From a virus: a stretch of 37,539 nucleotides of DNA. The stretch is from positions 1-37,539 of the IMG/VR virus record IMGVR_UViG_3300018083_000020; one strand, 5' to 3'. This document shows, piece by piece, positions 8,633 through 15,934 of this stretch; position 1 is the stretch's first letter, and every line of letters starts with the position of its first letter. Made by a program: the position numbers and the translations under genes. Below the pieces are notes generated by a model. That model saw only the letters and a list, made by a program, of their open reading frames with translations, did no database searches and was not told where the DNA came from.

Positions 8633-9709
8633 ATGCCAGGACCATCCAACAGCATAAACGAGTCCACAACAGGGATAACTGGGTTTACAGGAACTGCATT
8701 CACTGGCACTCCAGCTACCAACCATGCTGTAATTGTTGGCGGATCTACATCCAGCACTTTAACAAACGTGGGTCCTACAGCAACAGCTGGACAAGTATTG
8801 CAATCGGCTGGGTCTTCTGCCGATCCCGCTTTCAGTACCGCTACTTACCCTGCGACAACTACCGTAAACCAGGTACTCTATAGTAGTGCAACGAACGTCG
8901 TTGGTGGTATTACAGCCGCCAATAATGGAACGCTGATTAGTAGTGCCGGAGGGGTGCCATCTTGGTTAGCTAACGGAACGACTGGTCAGGTACTTACCGC
9001 GACGACTGGATCACCGCCTGCATGGGCTGCTAATGCTGCTGGTAGCGCGTTCACCTCCATAGTTATCCAGGTGTTTTCGGCGACTGGAGCCAATACATAT
9101 ACGCCAACCGCTGGAATGAAGTACTGTATTGCCGAGATTGTTGGCGCCGGTGGTGGCGGCGGAGGAACATCTACGACAGGAGTCGCGCAAGTGTCCGCTG
9201 GAGCGGGTGGTGGAGCGGGTGGGTATGGAAGGGGCGTTTTTAGCGCCGCAACGATTGGGGCATCGCAAACCGTGACCATAGGGACCGGCGGTACTGCTGG
9301 TAGCGGATCCGGGGGAGCCGGAGGAACCGGCGGCACTTCCAGTTTCGGTACTTTAATTAGCTGCGTTGGTGGTGGCGGAGGCCTTGGATCAGCAGCGGCA
9401 GCACAGATTACATACACAGGCGGAGGAGGCGGAACGGTGTCTGGTGGCGGGGTATCATTTTCAAGTACCGGACAAGGTGGTCATCCTAGTTTTGGAATCG
9501 GTGCTAGCGGAGCTGCAATGTCTGGAAATGGAGGATCCTCTTTTTTGGGTATCGCTGGACGAGGAACGGGAACGTCAACATCCTTTGGCGCGGGGCAAGC
9601 AGGAACGCAGGGTGGAGGGGGGAGTGGCGGACAAATTCCAGCCAGTCAAACGGGAGCCGCTGGAGGCGCCGGCGGTAATGGATATTGTGTCGTTACGGAA
9701 TATATCTAA
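8633..9709 (+). CDS. Glycine-rich-domain fibre or receptor-binding-like protein.
   Basis: 358-aa ORF. The N-terminal half has repeated GQVL(Q/T)..G..P.W motifs. The C-terminal half has runs of GGGGG/GAGG and ends GNGYCVVTEYI, as in phage glycine-rich-domain proteins. Confidence 0.65.
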   Translation: MPGPSNSINESTTGITGFTGTAFTGTPATNHAVIVGGSTSSTLTNVGPTATAGQVLQSAGSSADPAFSTATYPATTTVNQVLYSSATNVVGGITAANNGTLISSAGGVPSWLANGTTGQVLTATTGSPPAWAANAAGSAFTSIVIQVFSATGANTYTPTAGMKYCIAEIVGAGGGGGGTSTTGVAQVSAGAGGGAGGYGRGVFSAATIGASQTVTIGTGGTAGSGSGGAGGTGGTSSFGTLISCVGGGGGLGSAAAAQITYTGGGGGTVSGGGVSFSSTGQGGHPSFGIGASGAAMSGNGGSSFLGIAGRGTGTSTSFGAGQAGTQGGGGSGGQIPASQTGAAGGAGGNGYCVVTEYI

Positions 9710-9990
9710 ACACCGATCTTGGGACAGTTATTGAGGGTATTTATGCCCAATTGGTACCATATATAGTCGGCCTGTTCGAGTATTCTTTCACGCATATCGT
9801 CATCGATCTCATCGAATAGGATGTGATATTTTATGGATGAAAGACATCTGTCTATTTTTAAAGACCTATGAAAAATCATCTCAGGCGTCTCTTCAGAGAT
9901 ATGCTTTAGCTTTAGACCGCGATCTTCATCCTCAGTGGCATGAACGATCAAAGGAAACAGAAAAAATAGAAATAACATTAGCTTTTTCAT
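9706..9990 (-). CDS. Small secreted protein with a signal peptide. Moron-like.
   Basis: The ORF is open to 10026. The internal ATG at 9990 gives MKKLMLFLFFLFPLIVHA followed by an acidic mature part. It is antisense to the flanking late genes and fills a + strand gap. Confidence 0.5.
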   Translation of the reverse strand: MKKLMLFLFFLFPLIVHATEDEDRGLKLKHISEETPEMIFHRSLKIDRCLSSIKYHILFDEIDDDMRERILEQADYIWYQLGINTLNNCPKIGV

Positions 9991-10060
9991 ATGGTCCTTT
10001 TTAGGTTTTTCGGATTCCTCGATCATAGAAACCCAGTCTTTTTTTGTCTATATGCGGATT

Positions 10061-10089
10061 TTGTCAAAAGATATTTCATACATTATTGT
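10061..10089 (+). promoter_or_regulatory. Candidate sigma70-type promoter for the two small + strand ORFs.
   Basis: TTGTCA, 17 nt, TATTGT, about 40 nt upstream of ATG 10129. Confidence 0.35.
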
Positions 10090-10128
10090 CTTGGTGCTAT
10101 TTTGCGCTAAGAACACGAGGAGATGTGT

Positions 10129-10281
10129 ATGCCACTGGAAAAAGGTAAAAGTAAGAAAGTGATCGGACATAACATCAAGGAGATGGAAATGTCAGGTCAC
10201 CCTAAAAAACAAGCCGTAGCCGCTTCGCTTAATCAAGCGAGAAAAAGCGGGGCAAAAATTCCTAAGAAAAGAGGTAAGTAG
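10129..10281 (+). CDS. Small basic protein (50 aa).
   Basis: GAGGAG lies 7 nt upstream. MPLEKGKSKKVIGHNIKEMEMSGHPKKQAVAASLNQARKSGAKIPKKRGK. Below the ORF-track length cut-off. Confidence 0.5.
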   Translation: MPLEKGKSKKVIGHNIKEMEMSGHPKKQAVAASLNQARKSGAKIPKKRGK

Positions 10282-10283
10282 AA

Positions 10284-10421
10284 ATGGACCAAGTGATTAA
10301 AAAACTAGAGAAAAAGACAAAATCTTTACTCAAAGGCGAGAAATCCCTCCTGAAGGCCGATAAAAAACGCGATGCGGTTTGTGCGATGGGAGAAAAGGCG
10401 ATGCACAAAAAGAAGAAGTAG
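10284..10421 (+). CDS. Small Lys-rich helical protein (45 aa).
   Basis: The ATG is 2 nt after the upstream stop. A strong terminator follows. Confidence 0.4.
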   Translation: MDQVIKKLEKKTKSLLKGEKSLLKADKKRDAVCAMGEKAMHKKKK

Positions 10422-10460
10422 TGTAAACGGTATTTGAACACTCTGTTGGTTTAGAACGGG

Positions 10461-10501
10461 GTATGGGTAAGGTTGGGTCGCTCCCTTACCCATACTTTTT
10501 T
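10461..10501 (+). terminator. Rho-independent terminator.
   Basis: Perfect 12-bp stem: GTATGGGTAAGG (10461..10472) pairs with CCTTACCCATAC (10484..10495). 11-nt loop, then TTTTTT. Confidence 0.8.
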
Positions 10502-10635
10502 CATATCGTAATAATCGCTATCATAGCCACGACTAGAGCCGCGCAAGTGGCTAGGAAAAGTATCGTCCCCACCACGCCCAAGATCGTTCCGATGATCAGT
10601 TTGAACACATTATTGGCCACTTGTTCTACGCGCAT
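10501..10635 (-). CDS. Small hydrophobic membrane peptide (44 aa), last gene of the recombination operon.
   Basis: GGAGG lies 5 nt upstream of the ATG. MRVEQVANNVFKLIIGTILGVVGTILFLATCAALVVAMIAIITI. Overlaps the exonuclease stop by 10 nt. Confidence 0.5.
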   Translation of the reverse strand: MRVEQVANNVFKLIIGTILGVVGTILFLATCAALVVAMIAIITI

Positions 10636-11492
10636 GTGATCCTCCAGCTGTTTATAGAGCCTTTACGGTATTGATCAAGATCGATTCCTCTAAGGACTTC
10701 GATCTTAGAGTAGTCCACCGCTCCCTTTCTCTGTACCTGGCAGAGTGATATACCCGCTCCCCTGGTGTTTGATTCTCCACTCAAGAACACGAGCTGCTTT
10801 CGCGCATCTTCTTCGTCTCTTTCTAGCTCTTTTATGCTTCGGACTATCTCTTTCCATCTTGTCGCGCACTCGTCCCATAAGGCATCGTCCCTTTCGACAT
10901 AATCCCCCTCGATAGGTTCGGGGGGGGTCCTATTGATTAAGCATTCGTAGAATTTACGTTCTTCTTCCAGCATCTTCTGAACGTATTCATCATCTCGTTT
11001 TACCTCTACGATCACGCCGTCCATACCATCGAAGCTGAAGTAATACGCCTTCTGTACGCCTGCAACGTACATTTGATGCTGTAGCTGCGGGTAGTAATGC
11101 GATGGAACCTTACCCTGCTTAGCTGTGGAATGATCTTTATCACCAGGACATTTTACTTCCAGGATAGCGCCTGAACTATCGTCTAGGCCATCCAATGAGG
11201 CCATGAGCCAGTCTTTAACAACGACAGCGGGCTTCATTTTGTAGCCAGTCTTGACATTGAAAAGGTCCCTGGCTATAGGCTCTAGATCAACTCCACGCTG
11301 CATGCGTTCGTTTGGACGCATTGGCGGTTCATCGGATAGCTTCTCATGATATAGTTGTATGCGTGTTTTCCAGTGACTAGCGCCCATGACAATATTGGCG
11401 TCGGTAGCCGTGATCTTAGTCTTGCGTAGGGCGAGCCACTCTGGGCTCCCCTGTGATATCTCTACTACCTCTAATTGTGGTAATGCGCTCAT
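10626..11492 (-). CDS. YqaJ-like recombination exonuclease.
   Basis: MSALPQLEVVEISQGSPEWLALRKTKITATDANIVMG matches the YqaJ/lambda-Exo-type N-terminal motif. ATGA overlap with the recT stop. Confidence 0.8.
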   Translation of the reverse strand: MSALPQLEVVEISQGSPEWLALRKTKITATDANIVMGASHWKTRIQLYHEKLSDEPPMRPNERMQRGVDLEPIARDLFNVKTGYKMKPAVVVKDWLMASLDGLDDSSGAILEVKCPGDKDHSTAKQGKVPSHYYPQLQHQMYVAGVQKAYYFSFDGMDGVIVEVKRDDEYVQKMLEEERKFYECLINRTPPEPIEGDYVERDDALWDECATRWKEIVRSIKELERDEEDARKQLVFLSGESNTRGAGISLCQVQRKGAVDYSKIEVLRGIDLDQYRKGSINSWRITCA

Positions 11493-12370
11493 CTGGCCCC
11501 CGCGGCTAATAGTTGAGGTTGAACTTCGGCACACAGTTTCGCGTAATGATCTTCCAAGTTACTGCGAACAGCGGCCATAGCACCATCGAACTTATCGGCT
11601 GTAATGCCTGACAGGTCGTCCGTTCCGTATTGCCGCTTCACATAGCTGTAGAACCAGTTTTTGTATTCCCCGTCACAATCATCGAGCATCGCTTTTAACT
11701 CGGAAATCTGTGAGATATTGAGTTTAGACTGTTGCTCAATCTTGGGATGGTTTTCCATAACATCAATAGGTAAAATAGTCGGCTGTGTATCTGCCTGCTC
11801 CATTTCCTCTTTCGTATAGATCCCCGACATTTCGGCCGGAAAAGCCTTCCTTAAGGCTTGCGCTTCGGCGCACTTTGCCAACATTGTACGCGGCATAGTT
11901 GCCCACATACCGGTGGGTCGTTTTTGCCCAGTTTGTTTGTCCACGAAGGTTTGAACGTATTCCTCAAGGTAAGCGCTAGCGGAAACAGTGTGCCAGGTCC
12001 GGTCGGCTGTTTGTTTCTTAATGTAGGCAGTAGATGACACCAAGCGGCCGTTTTCGTCGTATACGTAGGTAGGCTCCGCGCCTGGTGCATATCGCTCCGT
12101 GCGCTCTGCGATCAACCGGTATCCATCTATGCCGGTCTGAATAGTCATCGATGTTTTCCATTGCCCATCCGCACCCTTGCTTTTTCGCGGCATGGCGTAG
12201 ATCTGACGCATAAACGGATCTAGTTGGGTCTTGATACAGGCCATGAGGAATACTTCGAATTCCTCGTCGCTAATCCCCTTACAGATAGAGTTCTTTAAAA
12301 TCTCTTTCTGTTTATAGGTGAAGTGTTCTGCTTGCGCTGGAGTCAATCGTAACGTTACTTCCTGGTTCAT
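11489..12370 (-). CDS. recT: RecT-family single-strand annealing protein.
   Basis: Matches the RecT core: QLDPFMRQIYAMPRKSK...TIQTGIDGYRLIAERT...WATMPRTMLAKCAEAQALRKAF. The start is placed at ATG 12370 (GGGGGAAAGA upstream). The frame stays open to 12532. Confidence 0.85.
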   Translation of the reverse strand: MNQEVTLRLTPAQAEHFTYKQKEILKNSICKGISDEEFEVFLMACIKTQLDPFMRQIYAMPRKSKGADGQWKTSMTIQTGIDGYRLIAERTERYAPGAEPTYVYDENGRLVSSTAYIKKQTADRTWHTVSASAYLEEYVQTFVDKQTGQKRPTGMWATMPRTMLAKCAEAQALRKAFPAEMSGIYTKEEMEQADTQPTILPIDVMENHPKIEQQSKLNISQISELKAMLDDCDGEYKNWFYSYVKRQYGTDDLSGITADKFDGAMAAVRSNLEDHYAKLCAEVQPQLLAAGAR

Positions 12371-12643
12371 TCTTTCCCCCGATTTTTTGACAGTCTCGGG
12401 AGCTGCGTAGGATAAAGATTGATTTAAAGCGTTTGCGGCCGTATGGTTGTTGCCGCAGCGGCTCGAATTTTGTCTTGGCGGACCATCTAGTTGATGTGTT
12501 CCTGTCGCTGCACCCTCTTTAAAAATACTCATTGATCACTCTCATTGTTAAAAGATTTTCTTTAAATGTCACCTTCTTTTAGTTGGCGCTAAGAGATGGT
12601 GCCCCGCTGTTGTCGTACGAATTGTAGACCGAAGCCGGATTAA

Positions 12644-12671
12644 AATCTACAAAAAAGATAGACTTTGGCAA
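12644..12671 (-). promoter_or_regulatory. Candidate leftward promoter for the recT/exo operon.
   Basis: On the minus strand: TTGCCA, 16 nt, TAGATT. Confidence 0.4.
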
Positions 12672-12685
12672 ATTGCATATTGTAC

Positions 12686-12716
12686 TTGACATCAAATGTT
12701 CGATTCGTGCTAATAT
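12686..12716 (+). promoter_or_regulatory. Candidate rightward early promoter.
   Basis: TTGACA (12686..12691) with GCTAAT at 17 nt or TAATAT at 19 nt. Lies 30 nt upstream of the Cro-like gene. Confidence 0.5.
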
Positions 12717-12744
12717 GACATCGATAACGCTAGGAGATAACATC

Positions 12745-12996
12745 ATGCAAGTAAATAATTTGAAAGCCTATTTAGCTAATATTGGCGTGACTGTGCGAGA
12801 ATTCAGTGAAACTATCAGCGTCACTGAAACTTATCTGTCCGCGATCATACACGGACAAAGAGTCCCAGGTCCGCGCCTTGCAAAAGACATATTCGAGGCT
12901 ACGGATGGCGTAATAAGCTTAACTACTAGAGTGCGAAAGAAGGACCAAAAGGGTGAGGGCTCCCAAAATGAGGAGGAGCAGGCCCTCGCGGTCTAG
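12745..12996 (+). CDS. Cro/CI-type helix-turn-helix regulator.
   Basis: TAGGAGA lies 7 nt upstream. VTVREFSETISVTETYLSAIIHGQRVP is a classic HTH. First gene of the rightward operon. Confidence 0.7.
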   Translation: MQVNNLKAYLANIGVTVREFSETISVTETYLSAIIHGQRVPGPRLAKDIFEATDGVISLTTRVRKKDQKGEGSQNEEEQALAV

Positions 12997-13196
12997 TTTG
13001 GGTGGACCCGGGGATAGCTCACATGCGTCTGGTTGATCGACAATCTCTGATTGCAGCTGGGCTTCCTCGAACATACCTATCCCCGTGTGCCTTAATTGAT
13101 ACGGTGTTTTTAAAATATTTGCTACACATATCGAGAAAATGGTTGGAATTATTTTAAAAAATACGTAATAAGGAGTGCGCAAAAGAGGGATAAGAG

Positions 13197-13484
13197 ATGT
13201 TGATCCGCCAAGATTTTCACGAACAGACGAAATTACCGCCGCGCATGTTCTTAGAACAGGTGATGGATAGCCTATCGAAAGCCTATTGCTTTCTCTGGGA
13301 CAATAAAAACGAGCAGAACAGATTATCCATGACATGGAAAGATCTTTCTGTTTACTATAACAAGAACGCCTTTCGCACGGCGCTTAGGAAGCTCAATCGT
13401 CAGGGCTTGTTGAGCTACGAAGAATCAGGTGACGGCATCGCAATCGAATTGGTCGGTTGGGATGAGATAGTCGCTGGGGGATAA
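13197..13484 (+). CDS. Putative winged-helix DNA-binding protein.
   Basis: 95-aa ORF. The segment WKDLSVYYNKNAFRTALRKLNRQGLLSYEESGDGIAIEL looks like a wHTH. Confidence 0.45.
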   Translation: MLIRQDFHEQTKLPPRMFLEQVMDSLSKAYCFLWDNKNEQNRLSMTWKDLSVYYNKNAFRTALRKLNRQGLLSYEESGDGIAIELVGWDEIVAGG

Positions 13485-13649
13485 AATGAGAGTGCCAGGC
13501 TTTTTATGGCCCGGCACACGGTAGATCTGAGGGTGACACTTCAGATCAGGATACGGAAAAGATTACTGTGACTCACATCTTATCATGTTGTCCATTTTCT
13601 TTCCATATCCTTTGTGCATTAAAAAAGCAATTTGCAAAGGATTACATCA

Positions 13650-14687
13650 GTGGACTCACCTGCATTTAGAAGACACAAAAGCCCCGCTAAGTGGGAAAAA
13701 GGTTCCTTCACCCTTCCTAACAGGCTGGTACAGAATAAGAATTTAACCGATTCCGGATTTCGACTTTTGGCCTGGATGGTATCTTGTTCCGACGAGTGGA
13801 CAATCTATCAAACGGACATAATGGCCCGGTTCGAATGGGGCCGAGAAAAGCTAAAAACTGCTATCGACAATCTAATAGATTTAAAATATCTGATAAAACT
13901 TTCGCAGCGCGTCCTAGGGGGAGGAAGATATGGCCCTTGTGATTATGAATTTTGCCCTCAAGGGTTTACTGATGAAGAAATAAAAGAGATTCAAATAATT
14001 TCACCGATGTCGGGTTATCCGACATCGGACGATCCGACGTCGGATGACCCTACATCTAAACAAATACCAATCTTAACCAATCCTAATCTGAAAGATGTTT
14101 GTAAGCGGGAGGACCCGCCGCTGGAAAATTCTGGAATACCGGAAGAGGAAAAACAGCCGTCCAGATTGAACGGCGCTCTCGTCTATCGGCATGTCATCAC
14201 CCCGCCAAAAGGTGAGCCTATTGAAATCCTCAAAGAGGAGATCTATCGCCGCTCCCTAGGGGAATATGCTCGGAATAAATGGACTAATGCTGAAATTGCA
14301 GATGCGTGGGAATCCCTTATCAATTCTAGAGCCCCGATCATTAGCCCGTGGCGATATTTGGAGAAAACCATCGAAGGCATCCGAATGGCCTTGAAGAAAA
14401 AGCAACAAGCACAGTATTGTAAACGTAACTCAGTAACAACCAACAGTTTAAAGGATAATATTCAATGTCAGCAGGCGAAAGATACTTCACAGATAGATTC
14501 GACGAAAAAGTCCGAGAGCTCCAGCGAAAACTTTGCGGAAAAGAGTACGTCGGGGCTTCTTTCGCCAAGTTCGTTCAAACCGATCCAATTACAAGGCGAA
14601 TCTCGGCTTGGTTATCATCTCCGACGAACTTCCTCGTCTGGACAGGAAAGCCCGGAACCGGAAAAACATACTTCAAAGCATGTATGA
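13650..14687 (+). CDS. Replication initiator or replisome organiser, with an N-terminal wHTH.
   Basis: FTLPNRLVQNKNLTDSGFRLLAWMVSCSDEWTIYQTDIMARFEWGREKLKTAIDNLIDLKYLIK resembles phage replication-organiser N-domains. The start is uncertain (GTG 13650 with AAAGGA upstream, or TTG 13632). The Ser-rich C-terminal tail overlaps the next gene. Confidence 0.6.
   Translation: MDSPAFRRHKSPAKWEKGSFTLPNRLVQNKNLTDSGFRLLAWMVSCSDEWTIYQTDIMARFEWGREKLKTAIDNLIDLKYLIKLSQRVLGGGRYGPCDYEFCPQGFTDEEIKEIQIISPMSGYPTSDDPTSDDPTSKQIPILTNPNLKDVCKREDPPLENSGIPEEEKQPSRLNGALVYRHVITPPKGEPIEILKEEIYRRSLGEYARNKWTNAEIADAWESLINSRAPIISPWRYLEKTIEGIRMALKKKQQAQYCKRNSVTTNSLKDNIQCQQAKDTSQIDSTKKSESSSENFAEKSTSGLLSPSSFKPIQLQGESRLGYHLRRTSSSGQESPEPEKHTSKHV
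14004..14044. promoter_or_regulatory. Candidate origin iterons: three CCGA(Y)(R)TCGG palindromes at exactly 15-bp spacing.
   Basis: CCGATGTCGG at 14004..14013, TCCGACATCGGA at 14018..14029, TCCGACGTCGGA at 14033..14044 (a perfect 12-bp palindrome). Confidence 0.4.
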
Positions 14688-15076
14688 TCCATTGGATATT
14701 AGAGCGAAGCTTCCCTTGGACAAGTAAACCTGAATTCAACTGCTATCGATTTTGGACCGAGAGGGAATTTATCGAACGAATCAAGAGTAGCTGGGAGCTT
14801 AAAGGGGATGAGCATACATCGGTTAAACTGGCCAGTGACTCTGACATTCTATTTTTCGATGATCTAGGCAGCACGGGCGAAGGAACCTCAGACTGGAAGA
14901 AAAAAATTATATATGAATTTGCTGATATAAGATGGGGTGACGGTTTGCCAACGATTATCACCACGAACCTAACGAAGGAAGAAGCGTCTAAGGCTTATGA
15001 CGAGAGAGTGGCGGATCGTATTTTTGCCAAACGTAATATCATTATCGATACTCACGATCAGGAAAGCCGAAGATGA
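14465..15076 (+). CDS. DnaC/IstB-like AAA+ ATPase, putative helicase loader.
   Basis: Walker A is GKPGTGKT. Walker B is ILFFDDLG. It follows the initiator gene. Confidence 0.8.
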   Translation: MSAGERYFTDRFDEKVRELQRKLCGKEYVGASFAKFVQTDPITRRISAWLSSPTNFLVWTGKPGTGKTYFKACMIHWILERSFPWTSKPEFNCYRFWTEREFIERIKSSWELKGDEHTSVKLASDSDILFFDDLGSTGEGTSDWKKKIIYEFADIRWGDGLPTIITTNLTKEEASKAYDERVADRIFAKRNIIIDTHDQESRR

Positions 15077-15504
15077 TTCGATGGGAACTTCCGCTAAAAA
15101 CGATTAGCGAGTCCAACACGCACGAGCATTGGTCTAAAGCTAGCAAGAGACACAGACATCAGCAATTCTTCGTTAGGGCCCTGTTTACGGCAGAAATAAG
15201 GCCTATCCCGATGCCGTGTGTGATTACGATGACGCGGATAGCCTCGCGGATGCTGGATGACGACAACGTTCCGGTGAGCATGAAATGGATCCGGGACGAG
15301 ATAGGCGCCCAGCTGTTCCCTGAGAAAGTGGTCAAATACCAGGGCAAAACCAAGGGTAAATTGGTCAAAAACAAGGGGCATGCCGACTCCGACCCGCGAG
15401 TAACCTGGAAGTATGCTCAGGAAAAAGGGAAAATTCAGGGAATCAGGATTGAGATTTGCTCAGCTCCCGCAGAGCTGCCCGATATTGGCCATGCACATAG
15501 TTGA
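15073..15504 (+). CDS. RusA-like Holliday junction resolvase.
   Basis: ATGA overlap. ITMTRIASRMLDDDNVPVSMKWIRDEIG and GHADSDPRV resemble the RusA acidic motifs (R.LD.DN...K...D and DD..V). Confidence 0.5.
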   Translation: MIRWELPLKTISESNTHEHWSKASKRHRHQQFFVRALFTAEIRPIPMPCVITMTRIASRMLDDDNVPVSMKWIRDEIGAQLFPEKVVKYQGKTKGKLVKNKGHADSDPRVTWKYAQEKGKIQGIRIEICSAPAELPDIGHAHS

Positions 15505-15619
15505 TGACTGTCCCAGGGCGAGTCTTTACCATCTCGTTGAGGTCAACCTGCTGCTTCTTGATATTTTCGCACATCAAAGAGACTGCCGTTTTGTCCATAG
15601 GTCCATTGTGTTTTGCCAT
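15443..15619 (-). CDS. Small HTH-like protein (58 aa), second gene of the antisense cassette.
   Basis: MAKHNGPMDKTAVSLMCENIKKQQVDLNEMVKTRPGTVINYVHGQYRAALRELSKSQS. Below the ORF-track cut-off. Its 3' end overlaps the RusA-like 3' end antisense by 62 nt. Confidence 0.45.
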   Translation of the reverse strand: MAKHNGPMDKTAVSLMCENIKKQQVDLNEMVKTRPGTVINYVHGQYRAALRELSKSQS

Positions 15620-15827
15620 GACGTAACTCCCGTACTGTAGCTTTCAATTCCTCATTCTCCTGCTGAAGCGAGACGCACACTTTTTTAAGCTCGCCTTGCT
15701 CAGCAAAAAGCTTCTTCCTCACCTTTTCCATGCTACCGCAGAGTTTGTCAATCTGCTTCTGCATATGAAAAAGCGCATTTTCCTCCGGCGTCTTGCCGTC
15801 AAAGTTGAATTCTAACTGGATATCCAT
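15543..15827 (-). CDS. Coiled-coil protein (94 aa), first gene of the antisense cassette.
   Basis: The ORF fills the only large + strand gap in the replication module. Contains heptad-like ELKKVCVSLQQENEELKATVRELR. Confidence 0.55.
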   Translation of the reverse strand: MDIQLEFNFDGKTPEENALFHMQKQIDKLCGSMEKVRKKLFAEQGELKKVCVSLQQENEELKATVRELRHGKTQWTYGQNGSLFDVRKYQEAAG

Positions 15828-15934
15828 GGAAACTCACCGCCTTCCGAGTGAGTGTCAATTGGATGCCCCTAAAAATCAACTAAAGAAAAAATTACACATA
15901 TGTTAAAACAATGTTTTACACAAGGAGCTTTTTA

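Noticed and set aside
8986-9734. Three overlapping ORFs (8986..9417 minus, 9011..9268 minus, 9366..9734 plus) within the glycine-rich gene.
   Set aside because: GGN codon runs remove stop codons in other frames. The products are Pro-rich or otherwise nonsensical, and none has an RBS.
6282-10128. A Gin/Cin-type invertible fibre segment controlled by the serine recombinase.
   Set aside because: I found no inverted repeats of about 26-34 bp bracketing any fibre gene. The recombinase gene is about 10 kb away. By-eye reading cannot exclude short sites, so this needs a computational repeat search.
12919-13335. 138-aa minus-strand ORF spanning the gap between the Cro-like and winged-helix genes.
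   Set aside because: It overlaps both neighbours antisense, has no RBS, and its product looks non-protein-like. The gap is more plausibly regulatory.
13492-13547. Two hairpins after the winged-helix gene (GTGCCAGGC/GCCCGGCAC and GATCTGA/TCAGATC) as a terminator or small RNA.
   Set aside because: Neither is followed by a T tract, and the stems are short or mismatched. They may be regulatory, but I cannot support a specific call.
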